Part shown: piece after piece, positions 16,741 to 24,039 of the stretch
Layout: each line of letters opens with the position of its first letter
Numbering within the stretch: the first letter of the stretch is position 1
Assembly: GCF_000253055.1 (NCBI RefSeq)
Contig: NC_016070.1
Span: 330,001-362,000 of the forward strand
Reading direction: 5' to 3'
DNA from: Thermoproteus tenax Kra 1
GTDB lineage: Archaea; Thermoproteota; Thermoprotei; Thermoproteales; Thermoproteaceae
DNA: 32,000 bases
Translations under genes and position numbers: made by a program
Notes under the pieces: model-generated
What the model was told of the DNA's origin: nothing
Seen by the model: the letters and a program-made list of their open reading frames with translations, nothing else
The model's database searches: none

Positions 16741-17862
16741 CTAGGCAGCGGTCGGCGTAGCGTTAGGCGTCGCGGGGCTCTTGGCGTATTTGGCGAGGAT
16801 TTCGGCGGCGGACGTCAGCATGACGTCTTCGGCGGTGGCTAGGTCCTGCGCCATTTTCCTTATATCTATTTCGGCGGTCGTGGCGCCGTGTTTGTCACGG
16901 TGGATGTAGTATGTTTTGACTCCTGCGACGCGGTCCCAGAGGGCCGAGAGCAGGAGGGGGTTGTGAGCGGCGAGCACCACGTGGATAGTGGAGGCGGCCT
17001 GGGCGATGTGGTCGGCGAGCAGATCCAGGAGGAACGGGAATAAGTGCGCCTCGGGCTCCTCCAGCGCGACGACGAGGCGCCCCTCTAGGCCGTAGAGCTT
17101 GGCGTAGCTGGCGGCGGACCTCAGGGCGGCTAGGTAGTACACCAGCCGGTACAGGTCCTCGGATACGGAGGGCGACGTCACCTCGTAGTCGTAGTCGTAG
17201 ACGGCGATGGCGCCCTCCTTGGACACCTTGAGCTCTATCTTCTCGCCGAGTCTTTCGGCCAACGTCTCGTTGATCTCCCTCACGACGTCTGGTGTGTACC
17301 TGATGACTCGGCGTATGTTCCAGCCGAGGTCGCTTAGGATGTTGTGGGGGATGACCCTACCCTGGGTGGTTAGGTAGTCGTAGAAGCCGCAGTGGCCCTG
17401 TCGGCACCCCGTGGCCGACAGGCCGTATCTGTCGTATCCGTAGAGGCGGGTCTCCACGAGGATGTCCTGGAATGAGGCCAGGTCGCCCCCGGCGGTGAGA
17501 TACTTCATATCTATCTCGGCTGTCGCGTCTCCTGCCTTCACCTGTAGCCTTAGGCCCTGTCTGTAGTGGATGGAGACGGAGTATTTGGGCATCTCGATGG
17601 TTGGAGTCTTGGTTAGGTCGTAGTTCCGGAAGAGGGCTCTGGGCTCTGTAAACCTGGCGATCCACTCCAGCGGCTCCAAACTGTTCGCTCTTCCGCCATA
17701 TTCCTCATTCAGGCGCAGGAGCCTGGCGGGGTAGCCCAAGACGGCGAGGGCGTCCAGAATATTCGACTTGCCCCCCGCCGGTGGGCCTATAAGCACAGTG
17801 AGGGGGGCTATCTCCAGCTCAGCGTATGCGACGCTTTTGAAGTCTCTGATGGCCACCCGCAC
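16741..17862 (-). CDS. ABC-type (AAA_15/AAA_21-like) ATPase, stand-alone
   Basis: The ORF is 373 aa. It has Walker A GPPAGGKSN, signature-like SEDLYRLVYYLAAL, Walker B LVVALEEPEAHLFP and H-loop LAAHNP. GTG 17862 lies about 25 nt downstream of TCATATAAAAA (comp. 17883-17893). Confidence 0.8.
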   Translation of the reverse strand: MRVAIRDFKSVAYAELEIAPLTVLIGPPAGGKSNILDALAVLGYPARLLRLNEEYGGRANSLEPLEWIARFTEPRALFRNYDLTKTPTIEMPKYSVSIHYRQGLRLQVKAGDATAEIDMKYLTAGGDLASFQDILVETRLYGYDRYGLSATGCRQGHCGFYDYLTTQGRVIPHNILSDLGWNIRRVIRYTPDVVREINETLAERLGEKIELKVSKEGAIAVYDYDYEVTSPSVSEDLYRLVYYLAALRSAASYAKLYGLEGRLVVALEEPEAHLFPFLLDLLADHIAQAASTIHVVLAAHNPLLLSALWDRVAGVKTYYIHRDKHGATTAEIDIRKMAQDLATAEDVMLTSAAEILAKYAKSPATPNATPTAA

Positions 17863-17943
17863 GTTTCCCCCGCCGCCCCGGTTTTTATATGAATCTGGCG
17901 CCGTGGGGCGGCTGCCGGCCTCCGAGTCCTCTGTGTCTGGCGT

Positions 17944-18231
17944 CTAGGGGTTCCGCCCCCTTTCCTGCCTTAGGAGGCGTCTGCCCTTCCTGGTGAGGCG
18001 GTAGTAGACGTGGTGTTTCCGCACCTCGTGGCCTAGCTTGTAGCGGGCCTCGGTCCGTTTGAGGGTTTTGCCGCCTCTTGCCCGCTCGACGAGGCCCAGG
18101 GCCTCGAGCTTTTCCAGGATCTCGAGGACCCTCTGTAGGGGGATGCCCGTGTTTACCGCGATGGATTTGCCGTAGAGGTCGTCCTCAAGCCCTAGCGAGA
18201 TCCCCGGCGAGCCCCACCCCCGCCGAACCAC
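17944..18231 (-). CDS. Small winged-helix DNA-binding protein (DUF2250-like)
   Basis: The ORF is 95 aa. IAVNTGIPLQRVLEILEKLEALGLVER is HTH-like. KHHVYYRLTRKGRRLL is a wing/C-terminal motif reminiscent of archaeal DUF2250 proteins. A TATA-like box on the minus strand lies at 18247-18256. Confidence 0.65.
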   Translation of the reverse strand: MVRRGWGSPGISLGLEDDLYGKSIAVNTGIPLQRVLEILEKLEALGLVERARGGKTLKRTEARYKLGHEVRKHHVYYRLTRKGRRLLRQERGRNP

Positions 18232-18446
18232 ACTGTGGAGCAGGCGCCTAAAAAGGCGGATTCCTACGAGGCCGGGGGAAGCCCGATAGGGAGATGATGT
18301 ACCTCCACTAGGCCGACCTCTGACGAACCGCGCGCAAGCCGCCCCCGGAGGGCCCGCCGGTTCTGCTCTATCTATTCTCTAGCTTAAAAATCTTCCGCCT
18401 CTGGCGCGAGGGGTGAGTGCATTTAAACGTGGAAAATAGCGCATGT

Positions 18447-19826
18447 GTGTATGTGTTTGTTAGGAAGGTCATTATTAGAAACTTCAAGAGCATCGGGGAG
18501 CTGGAGCTTGAGCTGAGGCCTGGGGTGAACCTCCTGGTGGGCCCCAACGGGGCTGGGAAATCCAACGTCTTGGAGGCGATTAGGTTCGCCAGGAGGGCTC
18601 TGGTGGAGGCGGCCTCGCCGTATCTCCCATATGCGCCGGACTACCTCTCGCCGCTTGACGTGATCTACGGCCGGGACCCGAGGCGGGAGGTGGCGCTGGG
18701 TTTTGGCCTGGAGCTCTACGGCGAGGAGGGCGGGGAGTGGCTGTCGGCCTATGCGGAGTTCACCACCTACTTCAGGTACAGGCCGCAGCCCTACGAGACG
18801 ATTGAGCCCGTCCGCCACGTGGTAAAAATCGGCGACACCCAGGCGGAGATAGACAGAGGAGGCGTCACCATCACGGCCCCAAGGGAGCACTTCGACAGAG
18901 CGATGAAGTGGATCAAGGAACATGGGAAGCGTATACTACCTTTACCTTTCAAACTAGCCGAGCCTAAGGAGGAGGGCGACAGGACAGTCGTCTCGTATAG
19001 GTGGGACATGGAGGTGCCGCTACAGCTCGAGGGCCTTAGACACGTGCTGTGGCCGGGGCCGAGGGGGAGGGCGTCGGAGGACTTGTTGGCGTGTAGCCTA
19101 GTCGCCCGGAGGACTCTCACGCCGTTCCCGGTCGCGTTGGGGAGGGCCAAGAGGCCGAGGGGGGTCCCCGTGGATCTGTCGCCGTGGTTCTGTCTGGATG
19201 GAGTCTTAGATGCCGTGAGGGGGGTTCTCTGGAGGGTGGTCTTTCTCCGGCATGTGGAGAGGCGTGTGGAGCCTGTGCCTATCGCCGGCGGAGATGTGCT
19301 TGATGAGCGGGGGCGGAACGTGGCCGCGGTGCTGTTTAGCTACAGGGGGAGGTTTGGGAGGAATCCCGAGTCTGTCGACAGAGCTCTGGCCGCCCTCTTT
19401 CCGGGCGTCCTGCTGGAGGTTAGGCAGCTTTACAACAGCGCTCTTCTTGTCGCCAGGGAGGGGGATGTGGAGCTTCCCCCCTCCAACATCCCCGACGGCT
19501 TGCTTAAGCTGGTGGTGCTGATGCTGGCGGTGGATTTGGGCCCCTCGCTGCTCCTCGTGGACGAGGTGGAGAACAGCATGCACGCGAGGCTTCTGGAGTA
19601 CGTCGTGGACGTGTTTAACGGGCTTAACGTGCCGGTCCTCCTGGCCACGCACTCCCCCGTGGTTGTGGATCTGGTCGACCTTGAGAGGATCTACTTCCTG
19701 TCTAAAGGCCCTGGGGGGACCCGCGCGGAGGCGGTTCCTGACCCCGAGGAGCTGAGAAGGCGGCTGGGCGAGGCCGGGGTTGCGATTAGCGACTATTTCT
19801 TTTACACGAAGAGGTACGGCAGGTGA
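18447..19826 (+). CDS. ABC-type (AAA_15/AAA_21-like) ATPase with large insert
   Basis: The track ORF starts at GTG 18417, but that codon sits immediately upstream of, and abuts, the TATA-like GCATTTAAACG (18419-18429). In-frame GTG 18447 or 18453 fits a leaderless start (VFVRKVIIRNFKSIGEL...). Motifs are Walker A GPNGAGKSN, signature-like PDGLLKLVVLMLAV, Walker B LLLVDEVENSMH and H-loop LLATHSP. Confidence 0.8.
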   Translation: MYVFVRKVIIRNFKSIGELELELRPGVNLLVGPNGAGKSNVLEAIRFARRALVEAASPYLPYAPDYLSPLDVIYGRDPRREVALGFGLELYGEEGGEWLSAYAEFTTYFRYRPQPYETIEPVRHVVKIGDTQAEIDRGGVTITAPREHFDRAMKWIKEHGKRILPLPFKLAEPKEEGDRTVVSYRWDMEVPLQLEGLRHVLWPGPRGRASEDLLACSLVARRTLTPFPVALGRAKRPRGVPVDLSPWFCLDGVLDAVRGVLWRVVFLRHVERRVEPVPIAGGDVLDERGRNVAAVLFSYRGRFGRNPESVDRALAALFPGVLLEVRQLYNSALLVAREGDVELPPSNIPDGLLKLVVLMLAVDLGPSLLLVDEVENSMHARLLEYVVDVFNGLNVPVLLATHSPVVVDLVDLERIYFLSKGPGGTRAEAVPDPEELRRRLGEAGVAISDYFFYTKRYGR

Positions 19827-20356
19827 TGGCCGCGCGCTTTCTATTCGTGGAAGACCAACACGGAGTCGAATTCCACCAAAGGCTTATAGAAAAGCTACAG
19901 AACTCTGGCATAGTACCTCACAGCTTGGCTCCTAAGATCGAGAGGATACCGACCGGCCTCTGTAATTCCTCCCTGGGGAGAAAAATTGCTGCGAGGTTAT
20001 TCGGGTTAGAGCGGTGGCGTATACTATTTGTTATAGACTCCGAGGGGGAGGAGAAGAGGGCGGCGGCCGACGCGAGAGTTCTCAGGCATCTGAGAAGCCA
20101 CGAGTCGCTCAGGGATAGGTTGGATAATGTAAGAGTTGTGGTGGTTCACCCACGTCATGAGAAGTGGCTTTGCATGGGGTTGGGCGGCAGAAGCTGTAAT
20201 TCAGATCCAGAGAGTGAGCTTGATAGAATCCTTGGGAGGGTGTATAAGAAAGACGAATTAGCTAAGCAGGCTGGCCGTCTAAATGTGGAGGGGCTAATGT
20301 CGGATGGCGACTTCAGGGAGTACATCGAGGGGCTTAGGTGGCTTTTGTCCTCTTAG
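19823..20356 (+). CDS. Small Toprim-like protein (DUF4276/RloB-like), coupled to upstream ATPase
   Basis: The ORF is 176-177 aa. GTG 19823 or ATG 19826 overlaps the ATPase TGA (19824-19826). FLFVEDQHG (E10), ILFVIDSEGEE (D72/E74) and VVVHPRHEKWL (E113) follow the Glu / acidic cluster / E-x-W order of Toprim-derived partners of AAA_21 ATPases. This is from memory of the family consensus, not a search. Confidence 0.55.
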   Translation: MMAARFLFVEDQHGVEFHQRLIEKLQNSGIVPHSLAPKIERIPTGLCNSSLGRKIAARLFGLERWRILFVIDSEGEEKRAAADARVLRHLRSHESLRDRLDNVRVVVVHPRHEKWLCMGLGGRSCNSDPESELDRILGRVYKKDELAKQAGRLNVEGLMSDGDFREYIEGLRWLLSS

Positions 20357-20573
20357 TAGCGCTGGTGGCGTAAGTTTCAGACTGATGCGCATTGAAGGGA
20401 GGTGCGGAGGTTGGTGCGGCATGCTGTGTGGCGGCCGCCTACCATGTGGCGAAGGCGCCGAACTAGGGTTGCGATTTCTGTCTGTATTTCTATGAGTCTC
20501 AGCTGGCCTCTGTGGGAATAGGACTCTGAATTTAGGGGGACCGGCTTCTTTTTATACAGTTTTTCTACGGGGC

Positions 20574-20861
20574 ATGTTGTTGGATAACGGGCTGAGGCTT
20601 GTGTTGGATAGGTTTGCTGCGCCTACGGCGGCTGCGGCGGTGAGGGTCGGCGTTGGATCGCTGTTTGAGGGGAGGGGCGTTCGTCAAGAGGGGGAACCTC
20701 CAGTACGTCAAAAAGAAAGCCGAGCTCTACCAGCGGACAGCCGGCAGGCCGCTGGACAGGGTGATCTTGGTGACGCCGTTTTACACGACAGGAACCCAGA
20801 CCTGGTCAGAGCAAAGGCAGAGAAGTACGGCATAGACATCGTAGCCCCCGAAGACCTCTAG
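20574..20861 (+). pseudogene. Chimeric remnant: M16-peptidase N-terminus joined to a frameshifted DUF3782-type C-terminal fragment
   Basis: MLLDNGLRLVLDRFAAPTAAAAVRVGVGSLFEGRG is an insulinase-type N-terminus that stops just before the expected HxxEH motif. From about 20677, another frame reads FVKRGNLQYVKKKAELYQRTAGRPLDRVILVTPFY. After a 2-nt slip at about 20785, the original frame reads DRNPDLVRAKAEKYGIDIVAPEDL*. This parallels the C-terminus of the 20988..21956 protein (LKRSDLPTIVKKRELYERARGAKVAAVYVVTPYIDDRYPERVKAMAKDLGLEVVYP). Confidence 0.55.
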
Positions 20862-20987
20862 CGGCTGCAGACAAACCGCAACCCAACGACCTCAGCCGGC
20901 GAGATGACTGAGCCGTCCACCAGAGGCGCAAGCCTTCGTTGCCGCGCCGCCGGAGGTGTCCCCAAATTCCAGACCCTCTATCTGTCG

Positions 20988-21956
20988 CTACTCCTGGGGT
21001 GGGGCCGGGTAGACTACCTCCAGCCCTAGGTCTTTGGCCATTGCCTTCACCCGCTCGGGGTATCTGTCGTCTATATAGGGGGTGACCACGTAGACGGCGG
21101 CCACCTTGGCCCCCCTGGCCCTCTCGTAGAGCTCCCTCTTCTTCACTATGGTGGGCAGGTCGCTCCGCTTCAGCGAGGACATAATCTCGACGATTATCAG
21201 CCTCCCGTCTCTGACCACCACGTCGTAGTCCACCTCGGAGGGGGTGCCGTATACGTAGCCCTCTCTGTCGTAGAGGACCTCCTTGGACGCAGACCACCCG
21301 GCCTCCTTCAACATGGCCCTCATGCCCTCCCTAAAGGCCTCCTCGCTGATCACCCCCCATCTGGCCCCCAGCGCGTCCAGCTTCCTCTCCAGCTTGTTGA
21401 TGGCCCTCCACAGCTCCTCGACGTCCTTCTTAGTGGCCATCCTCTCCTCGAGAGCCCTCAGCTCCTCTCTCGTGGCCAGGGCCTTCAGATCTTCCTTCGT
21501 AGCCATCCTCTCCCCAAGCGCCCTGAGCTCCTCCTTGGTGGCGAGGCCCTTTAGATCCTCCTTTGTAGCCATAACTTTTCTCACCTCCTCCAACCGCTCT
21601 TCTAGCCTCTTGAAGTCCTCTCTCGTGACAAGAGCCTTCAGATCCTCCTTAGTGGCGAGGGCTTTGAGGTCGTCCTTAGTGGCGAACGCCTTAAGATCGT
21701 CCTTTGCGGCCATCCTGGCCTCCAGATCCTTTATCTCCTCCTTGGTGGCCATTTCTCTCCTCACCTCCTCCAGCCGCTCCTCCACCCTCTGTATCTCCTC
21801 CCTCAAAGATCTCACGTCCTCCTTTGTGGCCAAGCTCTGCCACGGCGTAAGCTTGGCGAGGGCTCGGTAGAGCACCTCGGGCCTCGCCTCCAGGGCCTCG
21901 GCGATTATCTCGGGGTGCTCGAGAAGAACCCTCCTCACCTCCTCTGCGACGCCCAC
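20988..21956 (-). CDS. Coiled-coil tandem-repeat protein (ATKEDLKAL repeats) with C-terminal PD-(D/E)xK-like domain (DUF3782-type)
   Basis: The ORF is 322 aa with 11 copies of the A-T-K-E-D-L-K-A-L-type nonapeptide between aa 42 and 182. The C-terminal EVDYDVVVRDGRLIIVEIMSSLK...VVTPYIDD...LGLEVVYP resembles the restriction-endonuclease-like fold of archaeal DUF3782-type proteins. GTG 21956 lies about 24 nt after TTATAAAAAA (comp. 21976-21985). Confidence 0.75.
   Translation of the reverse strand: MGVAEEVRRVLLEHPEIIAEALEARPEVLYRALAKLTPWQSLATKEDVRSLREEIQRVEERLEEVRREMATKEEIKDLEARMAAKDDLKAFATKDDLKALATKEDLKALVTREDFKRLEERLEEVRKVMATKEDLKGLATKEELRALGERMATKEDLKALATREELRALEERMATKKDVEELWRAINKLERKLDALGARWGVISEEAFREGMRAMLKEAGWSASKEVLYDREGYVYGTPSEVDYDVVVRDGRLIIVEIMSSLKRSDLPTIVKKRELYERARGAKVAAVYVVTPYIDDRYPERVKAMAKDLGLEVVYPAPPQE
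21411..21833 (-). repeat. In-frame 27-nt periodic coding repeat (11 nonapeptide units, interspersed with EERLEEVR linkers)
   Basis: Units start at aa 43, 70, 84, 92, 101, 110, 130, 139, 152, 161 and 174 of the 20988..21956 protein. The DNA copies differ at many synonymous positions. Confidence 0.6.
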
Positions 21957-22244
21957 ACTATATCCTCCAACGCCTTATAAAAAACTGTCGCTCTCTGCTA
22001 CGGCCGCCGGGCGGCCCAACCGAGGCTGTAGTCTGGACGTGAGGGGCGAATTTACGCGGAGGCCTTTGTAGTCCAACTCTAGGAGGGGCGCTTGGGAGGG
22101 CCGGACGGTGGAGGCCGCCGAAACCTCCTAAGCCAGCTGTAGCAGTCGTTGAAGCTCCCGTGCTCAAGGGAAGGGCGACAGAGCTTATACCGACTGAGGC
22201 GGCGCGCGCCTCCACAACTTATTAATCCGCCCGTCCCTCCTCCC

Positions 22245-23432
22245 GTGTCGTTCAAACGCGTTGGGCGCGAGGGGCTTCTGCTAGCGGCGGCTGGATCTGC
22301 GGCAGGGGTCGTGTGGGGCGCAAACCAAGTGGCCCTCTCCATATATATGGCCTCGATAGGCATGAGCCCCGCCCTCATAGGCGCAGTCCTCGGCGCCTCG
22401 GCTCTGTTCAGCGCCGCCGGCTCGCTCGCAGTGGGCTATCTGGCGGACTACATGGACCGGCTCAGACTCTTCGTCCTGCTGTCCCTAGCCGAGGGGGCCT
22501 CCCTCCTCCTCATGGCGATTAGATCCCCCGTAGTGGTCTCAGCGGCGTACCTCCTCTTTATGTTCATCAACAGATACCCTGTGTGGGCCGCCGTGATGGG
22601 CGAGTTCGCCAGACGGAGGGGCGCCTCGGATGAGCTCTTCAGCATCTCCTCCGCGCTCAACGTGGCGTTCAGCGTCTTGGGCGCCGCCATAGCCTCTCTG
22701 CCCAGCTACCTCGGCCAGCTCGGCTACGACGTCCTCTTCGCTGCAGAGGCCTCCGCCGTGCTCATCTCGGCGGCTTCCGCCTACTCGGCCATCAAGAGGC
22801 TGGGGCTCGCCTCAATAGGAGCCGAGAAGGTGGGGCTGAGGGATCTGCTCCGCCTGCGCTCCTCCTGGCTTCTGAAGAGGCTTTTGCCCGACGCCTTGAT
22901 AGGGCTCGGGGCAGGCCTCATAATCCCCCTCTTCAGCCTCTGGTTCTATCTTAAGTTCCACGTAAGTCTGGCCAGTCTGAGCGTAGTCTATGCCGCCTCA
23001 AACGCGACGCTCGCCCTCGGGATCCTTGCGGCGCCCGTAGTCTCCAGAGCGTTGGGGAGCAGAGTGCTCTCAGTGACCGTGCTCCAGGGGATCGCCACCG
23101 CCATCTTGGCCGTAATGCCCGAGGTCCCCAGCCTGCCCGCGGTCCTGGCGCTGTTCGTGGTCAGGAACACTCTGATGAACATGGCGAACCCGCTCCTTAC
23201 CTCGTTGATCAACGACCTAACGCCGAAGGAGGAGAGGGGGCGCGTCTTTGGGGCGTGGAACACGCTCTCCTCAGTGCCCCGCGCTGTGGGCCCCGCCGTT
23301 GGCGGATATCTGATGGGCGCCGGCTATCTGGATCTGCCGCTCTATATAACGGCCTCCCTCTACGCAACGGCGGTGGCGTCCTTCTACGTCCTCTTGAGGG
23401 GGGTGGAGGGGTCTCTACAGGCCGGCGGATAG
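22245..23432 (+). CDS. MFS transporter
   Basis: I trimmed track ORF 22149..23432 to the in-frame GTG 22245, about 22 nt after the TATA-like CTTATTAATC (22218-22227). The product is about 395 aa with about 12 TM helices. The loop motif GYLADYMDRLR lies between TM2 and TM3. Confidence 0.75.
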   Translation: MSFKRVGREGLLLAAAGSAAGVVWGANQVALSIYMASIGMSPALIGAVLGASALFSAAGSLAVGYLADYMDRLRLFVLLSLAEGASLLLMAIRSPVVVSAAYLLFMFINRYPVWAAVMGEFARRRGASDELFSISSALNVAFSVLGAAIASLPSYLGQLGYDVLFAAEASAVLISAASAYSAIKRLGLASIGAEKVGLRDLLRLRSSWLLKRLLPDALIGLGAGLIIPLFSLWFYLKFHVSLASLSVVYAASNATLALGILAAPVVSRALGSRVLSVTVLQGIATAILAVMPEVPSLPAVLALFVVRNTLMNMANPLLTSLINDLTPKEERGRVFGAWNTLSSVPRAVGPAVGGYLMGAGYLDLPLYITASLYATAVASFYVLLRGVEGSLQAGG

Positions 23433-23574
23433 CCCGCGGTGGAGCCCTGGCTATAGGCCGAGCTGGATTGAGACGACCCCGCCCTGTGGGGCAGGGCCTT
23501 CGGTTGTAAAAAAGAACTAATAGGTAGAAGCCGGCTAAAAGACGGGGCTAGAGCGCTGCGAAACGCCCCGGTGG

Positions 23575-24039
23575 TCAGCCGGAGCCCCTCTGATCGGCGA
23601 TCTTCTCCGGCCTCACCACGATGGAGTTGAATGCCGTATAGCCCTCTCTGTACTTCAGAACTCCTACGGCGCTGTTGACGAGCCTTCCCCTCGTCATGAC
23701 GACCTCCTCGGCGTGTGTGTTGATCAAGATCACCTCCTCGCCCTCAACGCGCCCTACGACGCAATTGGTAAGCTTCACCCTTCTGCCGGCGACTCTCTGG
23801 ACGGTGGCGTTTTCGAGCGCCACGTCGTTGCCCTCGACTTTCTCCAAGACTACGTTGCTCAACGAGGGGGCCCCGCCGCCTATCCCCCACGGACGCCCTC
23901 TGAACCTCCAGGGGATCCCCCTCACTTCTACAGACGCCCCCCTTCCCCCCAGCGAGAGTTTCACAAGGCCCAAGTTTATCGTGCGCGCCCTCCCCCGCCT
24001 GCTGTAGTACTCGTAGTATCTGTCGAATTTATCGGCCAT
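23575..24039 (-). CDS. Beta-solenoid repeat protein (bactofilin/DUF4097-like), unknown function
   Basis: The ORF is 154 aa. It has four in-register 15-residue units (VEGNDVALENATVQR / VAGRRVKLTNCVVGR / VEGEEVILINTHAEE / VVMTRGRLVNSAVGV). The ATG overlaps the upstream TAA (TAATG). Confidence 0.6.
   Translation of the reverse strand: MADKFDRYYEYYSRRGRARTINLGLVKLSLGGRGASVEVRGIPWRFRGRPWGIGGGAPSLSNVVLEKVEGNDVALENATVQRVAGRRVKLTNCVVGRVEGEEVILINTHAEEVVMTRGRLVNSAVGVLKYREGYTAFNSIVVRPEKIADQRGSG

Noticed and set aside
20386-20530. C-box/D-box-like strings (CTGATGC, ATGAGTC, CTGA) in the 20357-20573 intergenic region.
   Set aside because: The motifs deviate from RUGAUGA/CUGA, and their spacing (35-140 nt) does not fit a 50-70-nt C/D sRNA with C'/D' boxes.
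21283-21870. A 195-aa Ser/Leu-rich ORF antisense to the ATKEDL-repeat gene.
   Set aside because: It is a mirror artefact of the GAG/AAG/GCC-rich repeat codons on the coding strand. Its composition is low-complexity, and the sense-strand gene has a promoter and a recognisable C-terminal domain.
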